From NCBI RefSeq assembly GCF_009914755.1, contig NC_060925.1: a stretch of 64,000 nt of DNA; one strand, given 5' to 3'. Positions 1-13,521 of this stretch are shown here, one piece after another. The notes beneath the pieces were generated by a model. That model saw only the letters and a program-made list of their open reading frames with translations. It ran no database searches and was not told the origin of the DNA. The first letter of the stretch is position 1. Each line of letters starts with the position of its first letter. This DNA comes from the human T2T-CHM13v2.0 reference genome, Homo sapiens. The position numbers were made by a program, and so were the translations under genes.

Positions 1-928
1 TCATTAATTTGCTAAGTTTTTAAAATCTGAAATATCTTTACTTATACCCATTATTCCTTTATTGAATATTGTCCCAAATTGATTTGGGGGAATAGATCTC
101 ATATTGTTGTTTTAAAAAATATTTAGTAACTATTTTTTAAGAAAATATAAGGAAAATTAAAGTCTTCTGTAATATACTTTATGTAGTCACTTTTAATAGT
201 TTAGTGCCTTTTCTTTGTATTTTCAAATTTTATCTATTTTTTTGCAATAATATGCCCTGTATAAATGTCTTTCAATTGGTATAGACATTTTAAGATCTAT
301 ATAGTAATTGTCATATTGTTCTCCAGTTTTAAATGTTATTTATGTGCTTGTTTCCTATGTCATTATTGTTTTCTTTACCTTAAGTCTTTTCTGTATCGGT
401 TAAAGGTAGCTTGTTTTGATATTTTATAGTTATTTGTAATGCAGATAAAATTGAAAACTAAAAAAAATTTTTTACACTTTTTGTTTCTCTTTCTCTTTCC
501 ATCCAGGTCAATTTCTTATATTTTGTAAATGTAATCGGGGATCAGAGGGTAAGATTTTAAATCATAAACAGTATTTCAAAAGAATTTTTATTGGTTTAAA
601 TTTTTTTACTATATTTACAATATTTTATACTTCTCTCTGTTTAACTGAATCTCAGTGTTAACCCATATTTCTTTTACTTTTTTAGAGAAAAAAGTTACCA
701 AGTCTTGAGTTGTTTATTTTGATTCTTTTTCCCATTAGCTGAATTATATCTTTAAAAAAGTATTCTCAGCCCAGAGGATGAAAACAACGTGTTTCATGGA
801 TCTTGTTATCTGAGATTATTTTCCCATCACATTACTGTAAGAACAACCTTTTAATTATATATTTGAATCTGTCTGTAGAATTTCTATAGGAAATTATCCA
901 TTTAATTTCAGTGTTCAGAATTTCCCAA

Positions 929-1052
929 GGCTGGGCATGGTGGCTCACACCTGTAATTCCATCACTTTGGGAGGCAAAGGCAGGAGGATCTCTGGAAGCC
1001 AAGAGTTCAAGACCAGTCTGGGCAACAAAGGAAGACGCTGGCTCTAAAAAAA

Positions 1053-1106
<54 letters not shown>

Positions 1107-1288
1107 TATATTATATTAGCCAGGCATGGTGGTGCATGCCTGCAGTCCCAGCTACTCCGAAGGCTGAGGAGGGAGGATTGCTTGAGCCCAGGAGTTTGAG
1201 GTTGCATTGAGCTATAATCATGCCACTGCACTGGAGCCCGGGCACCAGAGTAAGTTCCTATCTCTAAAAAAACAAAACAAAAACAGAA
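929..1288 (+). mobile_element. Alu, AluJ-like, with expanded central A/TA linker
   Basis: Starts GGCTGGGCATGGTGGCTCACACCTGTAAT; right arm has the J-type GAGGATTGCTTGAGCCCAGGAG; 12-bp TSD AGAATTTCCCAA at 917-928 and 1289-1300. Confidence 0.95.
1046..1117 (+). repeat. Compound microsatellite A25-(TA)15-(TTATA)n inside the Alu linker
   Basis: Read directly from the sequence. Confidence 0.95.
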
Positions 1289-1329
1289 AGAATTTCCCAA
1301 TAAAACTCTAAAATCAAAATTTTTGCCTG

Positions 1330-1950
1330 AGTATGTATAATGTTTTTCTTTTACCTTTGGTTAGATACGTATAGAGTTATTTTCTTTGTCTTTTAAGGTC
1401 TAAACTGCTATCAGATTATATCTAAATAATCACTGGATTTATTAATTTTGCCAATTGACACTAATTAATTTGAAAATTCAAAAGTTCTTATCTCTTGAAA
1501 GTTTTCTTCAATCATGTCCCTCAGTATTTCTTTTCATTTTATTCTGATTTCTTCTTCAGGAACATTAGTTTTTACAAATTGCAGTCATTTAGTCCCTTCT
1601 TGCTCATCTCAATCTGTTATCTTTTCTTCTATTATTTTCATATTTTCTGTTCTCTTTTCAATGTATCAAGAATTTCTGAAAATCATTTAATTTCAGAAGG
1701 ATCATTTCCACAGTCTGCAAATATAGAATCAAGTTTTTAATGGGTTTCTAGATCTCTTTATTGGATTTCTTTTTATTGCTGTTGCTTATGTTAGACAAAT
1801 TCGGTATAATTTTAAACTGTTTGCTCTTCCTTCATGCTTATAAAAATCACTTTTTTCATTAAATTTGAAGAAACTGATAGAAGAAACTATTTTCCTAAAT
1901 TTCTTATATTGCCTGTAATGCAGAGAAACATAGAAATTTCTTTACATCTT
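1330..1950 (-). mobile_element. Probable ancient L1 (L1M/HAL1-like) fragment, antisense; may extend left of the Alu
   Basis: T-rich strand asymmetry and weak resemblance to antisense old-L1 sequence; boundaries approximate. Confidence 0.35.
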
Positions 1951-2189
1951 CTGGATAATGCTTGATTCTTATATCCTACAGGAATATTTAGAAAAGTGTC
2001 ACTGTGTATAAATTCTTTATTCCTATTTGAAAAAAATGAGACCTATTTAAATCCAACATCTTTCTATAGAATCCATGATGCTTGTACTACCTCTAATCTT
2101 TCATTCTTCTTTCTTTTTCTGTCTTTCCTACCCTCCTCTTCCTTTCTCTCCCTCCACAGAGCACTTTGGTCAAACCTAGAATCAAACCT

Positions 2190-2330
2190 AACTTAGTCAC
2201 TCTCAAGTTTTAGGTTCCTCAGTTTCCTAATCTATACAATGAAGACACAAGTACTTTCTATCTTATAGTGTTAATGTGTCAATTACAATAGACTGTAAGT
2301 GGCTAGAACTTACCTAAAACATAGTATGCC
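2190..2330 (+). mobile_element. MIR fragment
   Basis: Core-like CCTCAGTTTCCTAATCTATACAATG followed by TCTTATAGTGTTAATGTG. Confidence 0.6.
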
Positions 2331-3999
2331 CGGATATTTTTAAAAATTAAATCACAAGGGAATAGTAATTAATATTAACTATTATTATTAAATTGAAATT
2401 AAATTATATGACAATATTAATAGTGTTATTACTAAAATATATTTCTATTATAGTACAGGTGTTCAACTTCAAACAGACGCATAAAAACGATGGATAATGT
2501 GGCAAAAGGTACAGGCTGAACCACCACAGTTGTTTCAGTGATAATTTATATCAATGAGAATTTGGAGTGGAAAGTCCATGTCTGGTAAGTGACACTCTTA
2601 TATCTCAGCCAGTAAGATTAAATTAAATGTTATTATTCTTTCCTTTACAACTTTGCAAAATCCAGAATATTACTTATTTATTCATTCACCTCAGTGTTCC
2701 AACTAGTGAATATCTGCACCTCACTTTGACATTTGGTCTTCTCTTTTCACTAGTTCCCATACTTTAGTCCATTTTTGTCATTATATTTAACACTATGGGT
2801 TTTTAATGTGCAGACTTTTTGGATATTACTAATCTACTGTCATGTTGACAATAAAGTTCCATTCTGAATTTTAATTACTTTTCCCTCCTTCAAGGATAAT
2901 ATAGCTGTTTCTGCAACATAAGCATAGTTTAAGTGTGTGGAAAACTATGATTTTAATTTAGTTGGTCAATCAATATGTGCCAATATATGGTTGCTTAATG
3001 CCCACAAATACATATATGCAATATAAAGTATTCATCTTGTATACATCATTTCATGAATTTTATATATTTAAAAATATTTATCTATGGTTTTGACTATAAA
3101 CAGTTAATATATGGCAACATATTCAACCTTTAAAGGAAAAAATGCCTTTGGAATTTGTTTTTGTAACATCTGCAATAGGCAATATCACCTTATTTGATGG
3201 CATACTCACTGAAATTACAGATAGTTTATTGATTGAGATTTTTCAATAATAAAGTCATGCCACAAATTTCTACAGTATTTTCATTCAGGATGGTGTTTTA
3301 CATACTTTAGTAAAAGTCTTGCGTTGAGTTTTATTACTTGCAGTTAAAATCGTATGCATTTGTCATCACTGCAATTTTCATTTCATTAAATTAAATATTC
3401 ACATTAAAATAATTTATATTATGACTAAATACCTCGAGAAGAAAAGGACAATGGGATATGATAGAAGATGTCTTCTATTTTTCCTCTTCCTCTTAGTGAG
3501 TCACAATGGTAATTATTCAGAAGGAAATGTAAGATAAATTATTGTAATGCTATTCATTAAATCTTTTTAAAGATAATTAGCAGAAACTCTGTCATCTTTA
3601 TGAGAAGTTTGCTTGGCCACTGTGAGTCCAAGATGATAAGGATATCCAAAAGAAATACTCACTTTTGTAGAATATGAAAGATTAAAGGTGATATAACCAA
3701 GTTTAATTGACTGGCTCTTGTCACAAAATCTGAATGAATGATGGTGTTATTTCTGAACAGTACTTTGCATAAGGAGAGTTGAGAAGACTAATGCATGCAA
3801 TAGGAGAAAATCATAAGCACATTCGAGAATTAAATTATATTTCTGCTTCTGATATGGAGAGTAATCACTGAGTAAAGTGTAATACTTTCAAAGTCTGTCT
3901 CCACTCATGAGAATATAAGTTCCACTGGAGTAAGCATGATTTTAAAGTTAAAAACCCTTTACAATATAAAATTACTATTAATTTCTTAGAAAAAAATAA

Positions 4000-4760
4000 C
4001 CTATGAAGTAGTTTCTAGCTTTGTTACTGAAAGGATCAGGCTCACCATGTAGCACCAATAGCACTTGGAATGTGGTCTCTGAACACCACTTTCCAAAAAA
4101 AAGGAATCAGGGATTCCTGTAGAAATTGGTCACTCCAGACTTAGGAAAAAATTCCTAAAGATGAGTATGAAAAATTATGTTCTACCAGATTGCATGGTAG
4201 TATCTAAGACCTCTAAGGTCTTATTAAAATGTCCCAGAAGCCAACTTCCAGCAATTAGACCATCACACAAAGCAGAGATTGCAATGGAGTTAAACACATC
4301 AAATATGTTAATGTTCCTGAGCTTATAATAATAGAGAAAGAAAAACAAAACACCTTGCCTTTGGTTTATATTTGGTTCTCTGTCTTGTGTTCAACTCATT
4401 ATTCTACAAACCGGTGAATACAGGGTGAGAATAAAATATCTCACCTATGTTTTCTGAATAAACTTTTTTTTCATGTAAACACAGTAATTCATAAGAAAAG
4501 TTGTTCTTTACAAAAAAATTCTATAATATGCAGGAGAATAAAAAATCAAAATATTATCATTTTATAACAAATAATGAATGCAAGGATTCTAGGAAATGAT
4601 CATCAATGGCTAAAAAAAACATGAGGTAAAAGCCAGTGGGGAACTTTATAATGAATGAATCAGGCTGACAGCACTTCAATGTATTGATCAATATTAACAT
4701 TGCTAAAAGACAATAGATCTCCCAATACAATGCAAAAAGATAGTATACAACAATTTACAA
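4000..4760 (+). mobile_element. Old L1 (L1MC/L1MD-class) 3'-UTR fragment
   Basis: GGTCTCTGAACACCACTTTCC..AAAGGAATCAGGGATTCCTGTAGAAATTGG and GATCATCAATGGCTAAAA resemble recalled L1MC/MD 3' UTR; subfamily uncertain. Confidence 0.6.
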
Positions 4761-4809
4761 ATCAGATATGCAAAGAAAGAGGGGGAGTCAGTCACTTTTG
4801 ATAATTTTG

Positions 4810-4892
4810 TTCACAATTATATCCCTCACACCTAGAATCATGCATGCCTGACACATAGTAGGCACCAAGTAAGTATTTATTTAATGATTGAT
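4810..4892 (+). mobile_element. L2 3'-terminal fragment
   Basis: CACCTAGAATC..GCCTGACACATAGTAGGCACC..TATTTATTTAATGATTGA, a typical L2 tail. Confidence 0.65.
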
Positions 4893-6149
4893 TAAAATTA
4901 GGCAGCAGTATTGTTGGAACTATAAACACAAAATTGTTTAATTGTTGTCACTGATAACTTTAAGTCACAAGATCTTACAAGTGAAAGACTATCATAAATG
5001 TGTAAATGGACGCTCCAAACAGGGTTTTGGCAATTGTTCAGCTCTCATGTTCTTTTGTTTGGTGTGTAGACTTAGCCTTAATTCTCCCAATAAAATGGAT
5101 AGGACTTACAGTTTTTACTTATATATATTTTTATCATTAATACTATTTAACATATTGCAGTATTACAGATATATTTTATTTACATCTTCCTTTTCCCCAC
5201 CAGGGAATCTCATATTAATATCCTTGGAGAAACCTAATTGCCCCCAAAACACTTCCTCTTTCAGTGTTTTGTTGAATTTGAATTAAGATTCCCTATAGTA
5301 AATTGCAAAGTTGTTCAAAATTGACTCCAGGCATTGTAAGAACCCTAAAGCTTCCAAGGGACTTGGTAAAATCTAAAAACTCAATATCTCCTGAAGGAAA
5401 ACCACATGTTAGACATATTATTCTGTGTTACTGTGGTTTTCGTTCTAATTCAATTTGAAATCAAAAAGAAAGTATATGTCCTAAAAATTGCTGTTATTTT
5501 TCTGTAATAATTCTAGGAAAAAAGTAAACAAAATAAGAATAACTAATGTAATTAAAATAATTTACAATTTGACACATTTTATTTACAATACATATTTTGT
5601 TATATGGTCACATTTGCAAGTGACAATCACGTTAGATTTTGTTGCTACGGCACTGAGACAGCTAAAATAATTTTACACTTAAAATGATTAAATTTTACAA
5701 TACTATTCTTTAGATTTATTTTTCTTTTTGTTTTTCATGCTTACTATTACATTGTTTTAATAATGAGATGACGTTTATATTTGTAAAGATTAAAGTTAAC
5801 ATTTCAATTGCTTATGTTGCTTATGAAAAAGATGGTTTTTCGCTTTTTTTACCTTAAGATTAAAAAAAAAACTATTATGACAAATTGAAGTGTTTAAGTG
5901 AATGAATACAAAAATATGTTTTAGTCAAATGCTTACCCAATATGTCTTACAAGTCATTATATTATATATTGCACTATATGCAAGGAGAATATAAAGCTAA
6001 AAGAGAATAAATATGTTTCCTATGATTATAGGTCACTAAGTGCAAGAAACAGGAATTGTCCCGAGATGTGTCTGCCTCTACAATTCTTCCACAATATCTC
6101 ACATTGCCCATTTCATTGACAATGGATAACCCAAAATGATCTTTTAACT

Positions 6150-6460
6150 CTTCAATCATGCTACCCACCTCCCTGCTTTGCTCATGCTGGTCTCTGTGTC
6201 TGGAATGTTCGTCTCTGTTCTGGCAGCATGTGGTGCATCTTCTTATCCTAGAGAGGCCTTTCCTGGCCACACAATCAATCTTGGTCCTTTTGCCCCAGTA
6301 TTCTCTATCATAATATCTTGTTTGTTTTCTTCATATAACATTCCGCTGTTTGTAGTTTTATAGTTTGTATGTGGTCTGTCTCTCCCATTGGACTAAAAAC
6401 TCCACAGAGAAGAGCCCACTAACACCCAGTACCTTGCAAATAGTCATTCAAATAGTTTCT
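6150..6460 (+). mobile_element. Degenerate L2 fragment
   Basis: TCTGGAATGTTC..CTGTCTCTCCCATTGGACTAAAAACTCC..CCCAGTACCTTGCAAATAG. Confidence 0.5.
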
Positions 6461-6924
6461 AAAAAAAAAAAAAGTCAATGAAAGCTTGACATCTCTGCTC
6501 TATTTTGTATATTCCTTTAAACCTCAGGACAACGGAAATTATTTAAATGACTCTATTTCCTTCTAAGCATCAAATATTGGAAAGCTTACAGCCTGTTCTT
6601 TTAGGGCTGATTAGGGCATGGTAACCAGACAGAAACTCAGTAACTCAGGATAAATCTCAAGTTAGAACTGTGAACATGTTTATTAAAAACTACTGCTGTG
6701 ATGGTGTGGACATACCTTGATGGTTTTCAAATTCATCGTGCTTACACAATTCAGTGAGGGATACAATCTGTGCATTGACTCTACCTTATGTACTAATGGC
6801 TCTTCTTTTTTCCAATACTTTGCACTTAGACAAACATGTCTCACATATGTTTTTGAGTGGGTCCACTTAAATTACACCATACAAACTTCCATGGAGAGAG
6901 AAACCAAAATAAAGTCTACAGCAT

Positions 6925-7076
6925 TTCTCATTAGGCCCGTTGCCTGATTTTCATTAGGCCTGTTGCCTCTCTCTCATTAGGCCCACTGCCTGGTTTTCAC
7001 TGCCTAAGCTTCATTAGGCCTGTTGCCTGACTTTTATTAGGTACATTACCTGATTCTTATTAGGCCTGATGCCTGA
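6925..7076. repeat. Degenerate 23-bp minisatellite, ~6.5 units (consensus TTYTCATTAGGCCTGTTGCCTGA)
   Basis: Units ttctcattaggcccgttgcctga, ttttcattaggcctgttgcctct, ctctcattaggcccactgcctgg, one truncated unit, ttcattaggcctgttgcctga, cttttattaggtacattacctga, ttcttattaggcctgatgcctga. Confidence 0.9.
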
Positions 7077-10000
7077 TTTCTTTTGGACCCTCGGCACATG
7101 GGGCCAGCACTTATTGTCATGGCTGGTTTATTGGTTGTTGACTGTCTTTCCCTAAATTTGTTATAACCAGAATTCCTAAGTTTCTTATGCCCAATGAGAG
7201 GCACAAGTAAAGAGAAATTTTCACAATAAAGGCATGTTTGAAACCTAGGCATCCCCACATCCATTGATAATTAATTAGCCTTTTTAAAAATTTGAAGTTG
7301 ATGTAAATTTTCAAATCAGCACATGCCACATGAAATACCCTTGCAGCAGAATGAAAAAAAAATGCCATTAATTTGAATTCATTTGAATTGGAACAAAAAT
7401 AATTTAAATTATGTTATTAGGTTAATTAAGTATTTTATTTTCTATTACATTTACTTATTACACATTGGGAAATCAGTGACCTTTGTCACAATGTGTCTTT
7501 TGTAATTACAAAACAGAATACAGTTTAGTGTCATTAATTTATTCAAATAAAACTAGATTGATAGTTAAGCCATCTTAATCCAAATTCAATGTATTTATAA
7601 ATAGAAAATAGTATATTATGCACATAAACTTATATGCTTTTATTGAGACATCATACTACACAGTTCACATATTTAGCAGCCAGAAATAAAATAGTTTTTC
7701 ATTTCACTGAAGGCAACTCTTTATATATTTTTAGATTGTATTAAGTATAATTTAGCAGCTTTAAACACTAAATAATCTCCATTCTCTTTGAAATATGAAA
7801 GACAATATATAGTTTCTGAAAGCAGCATGCTCCAAATATTAACCAATAAAATGTATATATGTTTCATTAAAAAGTAGTATACATATCATTAAAAATGAAT
7901 TTATGTAATTAACTTCTAGATGTTACTAATGTTATAACTTACATAAATAATATTGGCAAACTTAAAAATGTTTTGAATTCAAAAGTACATTCTCAAATTG
8001 TTTCAAGTTATTGCATATGTAATAACATCAAATAATGATATTCAAAATTTGAAAGTTGTTCACTTGAACATTTGGAAAATATTGTCATTCATTCTTATCA
8101 AGGGAATATTAACATTTCTTTGACAATCTCTGAAATTTTACTTTTTGTGAAATTTCATATACTCAAAAAGTAAAATGTTTTTTATTTACTTTAGAAGAAT
8201 TCAGTGCCATAAATAGAAGAAATTATAGATTGTGTTTATCAGTGTGTTTGTAATACAGTGCCATAGTTTTTGATTGAGGATCAAAAATTAGTCCTGAATT
8301 CCTTTGAATCATCTTCTATTTTAGTCCAAGAAGCATGGTGAGACACCATTTCTAATTTCCAAATGTTACTCTCAAACATTTTAGGCAGTCTGCTGACAGA
8401 AAGGGAGCATATTATATATCAGATAGGATGTTGGCCTGGTCATATCTGGAGGCTCTATCCCTGTTCAAAGACCCGTACTTATACACTCACTGCTAAATCT
8501 GTCTAGGACTGCAAGAACTTTGATCTTGAAATTGTCACTCTATTAATCACTTGCATTTGAAAAGCTGACGACCAATAACATTCTCTCTTGACAGTAGTGT
8601 TTAGAAGAACTGTTCATTAAACATTTGGCCCAGGCATTATGACAGACACATTGGTTTGAAAGACATATTTTGACGAAATGTTGTGTTGGGGAGATTCATA
8701 CATCACCAGTGTCCACATGCACTGATTTATTCCTTGTCAAAACATTAGCTTGCCAACACATAGTCACAGGCTTGTCTGGATTAAGTTGTCTTTAAGCACT
8801 CTAGAAAAATAAGCAATCCCTTTAAAATTCTTCTGGGAAGAAAATGTTAAAAATGGGGTAATAACCTACTGACATTGACTTCTACACCCACATTGAACTA
8901 CATATTGTATACTTCATTGTCATGTTGATTTAAAGAAGACAGTCTTGAAAAATTAGACCCCTTTATTCATTTATATAGAGCCATAAGGGGCCAAACTACA
9001 CATTCCTTAAAAATGCCTTTACCCTAATAGGCAAGTGTGATTAGCATTACTTACTTTTTGAGAAAATCTGTCTCTTTTCGAGAATGTATTAGTGCTTCTG
9101 TTTTATTTTTTCTATTTCTATAACGCTATAGCAGATAGAAGTTGTTTTGTGAAATTTAGCCATTGACTCTAAAATAGTTTGAGATATGAAAAACGATGCT
9201 GAAAATAAGTATTAAGAAGAAAAATGCTTCTCGCACTACAGTTTAATTCTGATAATAAAGAACTTGTTAATATCTAGTCTTCATTGTTTCTAGAAAGACT
9301 TCCCTTTTACTTCATTCAGTCTTTGATTTTAAAATATTGGTCAAGTATCATATTCAGGAAAGTTCTTGGCTGGGCTAGGCAATTGTGTATGCAAGCAAGC
9401 TATCAAAATCTAAGGTCAAATCAATTGACTGAAATGCAAACTATCAGAGTTTAGATAATGTGGATTACAAGGCGACCCCATCGACTGTACATGCACCTCC
9501 TTAGGTCTAATTGCACTAAAAGGAAAGCTATTCATAGTTCATCTAAGGCAGTGAGTTCATGGATCATCCCAGAAGGGCTTTTCACCTGTTTCTGATTCTT
9601 GGGGTTGTTTTCAGGCTTATAGACATAAAGATGTACAATGTTTTAAAAATTAAGGCGAGGAGAAAAAGAAAGCCCAAGATTCATATCCTTGCTTAGACTT
9701 CCGGAGGTTGGAGATGGATTGTGGTACTAACAAAAGCATTTCTCTTAACCCACTTCAACATACAGATGTGGCATTTCTATCTTAAACTAAGACTATGCCT
9801 GTATGGCTTTGAAAGTGGGATGGTTTCATAGTTGTTGCTGCTGGGAAAATTTGAAGTACTGATTGAAGAAGTAATTCTATTATAATTTATATAAGTGTCG
9901 AAATGTATTGAATAAACTGGCCATAGAATAAATTACTCTGTCCCTCAACCCTTTCCCCAAAGTCTGAGTTTCTACTTCTTGGAATGTATCCCAACCTCTT

Positions 10001-10764
10001 ATCTTTCAGGTTTCAAATCTGCCTGTCAGCCCCTTCCTACATCCTCCTGTGTACTGGTAACTCCGCCTCCCATCAAATCATCTATGGAGCTTTTTTCTCC
10101 CTTCTGTATCTTCATCATTATCTCAAACCTTACCACCAGCCAGTATTTCCTATTTACATCACCCACCTAGTCTTGTATCCATCAATACATTACTGATGCC
10201 TCTGTCCACCACCAGTTTGTATAGGAAAATATGTTCAAATGCTTTGTGCTAAAAGTTTGTAAAACCAAAGAAATATTCTGGAGAAAAAAAGAAATCAAGT
10301 AAAACCACAATTCCTCTCTTTTGTTAGTTACCTTAATAAAATCGTTTTTCCCTCTTCTGTAAGATTTAAATAATCCTACCATCAATATATTGCAGTTACT
10401 GAAAATCTTTACTCCTTCCATAATTATTTCTTTTTTGTTCTGTAACATCTATTGTTATCTTCTCAGGGAGGGGGCACTTTCTTGGTTAAACCCAATAGTG
10501 AGTTTAAAATTCCCCTTTCAACATTTCCTGCTCTCAGGATTATCTCTTTGCTCTTCATTTAAGTTCCATTGCTTATATGTTCTCAACAATCTATTGACAA
10601 TTTTATATCACTGTATGGATGGCAGTCAGTGTCTGATTCACACTGGCTCTAACTTTCTGAATAATTCTGAAATTTCTTCTTCAGTTTTGATCAGAGCTGT
10701 TTGGAAATGTTGACATAAGTTTTTGCACAGGCACATGTGCATAGGCACATTCAACAATAGCCTG

Positions 10765-10885
10765 AAATTCAACAAATATTTGTTGTCCACTGTGGCAGGC
10801 TTTATGACAGATGCTGAGTGAATGCTAAATAATGTATAAGAAGTCGTTTTTGCAGTGAGGGAGCCCATACTTTTCAAGTAAAAAT
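10765..10885 (-). mobile_element. L2 3' end, antisense
   Basis: ATTCAACAAATATTTGTTGTCCACTGTGGCAGGC..GGAGCCCATACTTTCAAG. Confidence 0.55.
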
Positions 10886-13079
10886 GTAACAACCCCAGAA
10901 GGCACTCTTAAAAATCATAAACATATTATATATGTTTTTGTGTTCAAAAGTAATATTTATTGATAACCATCAGTTCTCTAATAAGGTGAAATTATACCTA
11001 CTGGGAGAATCCACTATGAATAAATGTGTTTTCTAAAATGTTGTTTTACATTAAATATAATGTAATGTTGTGAATTTAACTCATAAAATAAATGAGCCAG
11101 TGTTATATCCACAGGGCATTTCAGTATATCATCCTCCAACACGTATCTCCTTCAGGCTGTCAAATACTAAGGGATGTTAGTGATCTGAAAATCCTCTTGA
11201 TTTCCTAAATTCTATAATACGAGATTAACTTCGGAGATCCTGGGCTATGCAGTGTGACAGATAAAACTCAGCTTATGTAAGAAACAGAAGTATGACTGAG
11301 AAATTTGAACTTAGAACCTATGAACTGTTTTACAGTGTAATATAGAGTCTTCATGTACTTTACCTGTAATGCTTATTTGATTGTCCCACATTTTTTAATT
11401 TCATGTATGAGTCATATCTTTTTATGCCATTTTAACTGACTCAAATTCACCACTTTTGGAACTACTATTGTGCCCATACTGTAAGCCATGTATGGTTTAA
11501 ACATGGCTCCATAACGACTTGATTCATGATGTTCATGGCATTCTGTGAAAGCTCTTCACTGTAGTTGGCTTAAGTTACAACTTTAATATTGTCTTTTGAG
11601 TGTGCTTTTTTGTTTTTTATTAAAAGAAAAAAATGCAAGAAAAATATGTCATTGAGATTGACTGTAATGGGCAGCTATTACGATCTCAATGGAAATATTA
11701 GAGCCCCTGCCTAAGGTGCGTTGAAGAGTGCCAAGCCTCATAGCAACTCAGCTCATCCTAAAAAGCACCATGGCCTGGAGTGAAAGCTGCAATTTAAAAA
11801 TCTCCCAGAGACCCATTATTTGCAAATCATTGACACAACAAACTGTAACAACCCTGGTCCTCCTTGTCAATGCATGCTTAGGGAGCTTTTTATCCGCAGA
11901 AGCTTGCATGCTCAATAACTTTTTATACTAAAAATCCTTATGAAATTTCTGAAGAAAATGAGCAACTGAGCATGGGCCAAAATCCACTTTCAACATTAAA
12001 AAGGAAAATTACAATTGATTAGACTGATCAGTGGTATTATATATGGAAAAGAATTCTCACAAGTCCAAGGTAAGCTTTCATGTAACTAGATTTTTTAAAA
12101 ATAAAGCTAACTGGTTATTCAGTTTTCTAGTAATAAGAATCATCTGAAACATCTGTTGTCACTCTCTCCCGTTTCTTCCGCTAAGATCTTAAAAATAAAC
12201 TAATGGTTTTACCTCTAAACTTGAGGAAAAGAAAATATCACTCCGGAGTGTCAACCTTTTGCCAAGTTTAACCACAAGAAGAAATTTCGCAGCTGAGATA
12301 TTAACTTTTCAAACAAAGGATTTATAGTGTAAACATGGAAACAGGTTTAGCTCTTAGTAGTCACTGCAGGGATATTCCTCAAAGAAGGACTTATTTAGGT
12401 TTGACCTGTTAATATTTTAATACATGATACTAGCTATTTACAGAAATGTAATTTGGTTGAATCTTATTTTGTTGCTAGAGTTTATAGTATTTCTAAGTGT
12501 GGTGTCATTAGAAAGCCTCTACAAAATTTTGAAAATAAAAGAAATGTATAGGATGATAAAGCAGAAGTATCATTAACAGAGGATAGAAAATTAGAAGCAT
12601 AGACAGAAAAATGAATAGTGTTTTAGATTGCTAGGGAATGAGGACACTGGAATAGAGAAATCCCAAGATGTGTAACCAAAAGGCAAACTACCAAAAACAA
12701 ACAACAACAACAAAAAAATCCAAGACTATTGCAAGAAAAAGATATTGATTTGGATACTGCAAATGCTTCTTCTCATACATACTATATGGGACGTATTCTT
12801 ATCCATACACAGAGAGAGGTCCCCAATAATTCTGCTAGGTTTGAGTTATAATCACCATATTAACAGTTAGGAACTGAAACTCTCAAACTATGAGAGTTGT
12901 AACTATCACCAAGTACCCAATTTATTCCATATCAAGCTTCCCGACTAGTTCTTTTTTTAGAATAAACTATTTCAATGTTTAACACTAACTTGTGTTAGTC
13001 CAATAATTATAGCATCAAAATGTCATTTCATCATTTCTACTATCTTTTATCTTGTTAATACGTCTTGCTTTTTCAAAGA

Positions 13080-13165
13080 CTTTCATACCTATTATCTCCT
13101 TTCAGCAGCTAAACAAATAACACAGAAGATAAGGTAAGAATTACAGTCTCCATTTTACAGAGAAA
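13080..13165 (-). mobile_element. MIR fragment
   Basis: ATTATCTCCTTTC..AGGTAAGAATTACAGTCTCCATTTTACAGAGA (antisense MIR core). Confidence 0.55.
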
Positions 13166-13300
13166 TCCTAGTCTTAGGTGAGCTGGATCATCATTAAACA
13201 CTGCACATAGACTCCAGTTTTTTAGGTCTGGGCTCTGTGTATTGAGAGATAAAAAGATACACAGATTACACAGCTATAACTATAGATAATATAGTCAATA

Positions 13301-13521
13301 TAGTGATTCTCACTGGAGACTATTTTGCCCCCAAGAGGACATTTGGTGGTGTCTGGAGAAAGTTTTTTGTTTATCTTTCCTGGAGTGAGAGAGAGTGCTA
13401 TGGCATCTAGACGGTAGAGGCCAGGGATTCTGCTAAACATCCCACAGTGCACAGAATAGCCTCTTCTAACAAAGAACTGTCGGACTCAAAATTTCAATAA
13501 TGCCAAGGTTAAGAAATCTTG
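13301..13521 (+). mobile_element. MER20 (hAT-Charlie MITE), full length
   Basis: TAGTGATTCTCA..ATTTTGCCCCCAAGAGGACATTTGG..GGCATCTAGACGGTAGAGGCCAGGGATTCTGCTAAACATCC..AAGGTTAAGAAATCTTG follows the MER20 consensus end to end. Confidence 0.9.

Noticed and set aside
911-1300. Alu-overlapping ORFs (also 37965-38186, 50057-50326 and 50646-51074)
   Set aside because: Standard Alu translation artefacts ([17 protein letters not shown])
2450-2760. Possible ancient DNA-transposon end (TA-CAGGTGTTCAAC) and a splice donor at ~2585
   Set aside because: No matching opposite TIR or convincing acceptor found
6925-7076. CRISPR-like array
   Set aside because: Head-to-tail units without unique spacers, no cas genes, and a primate genome context
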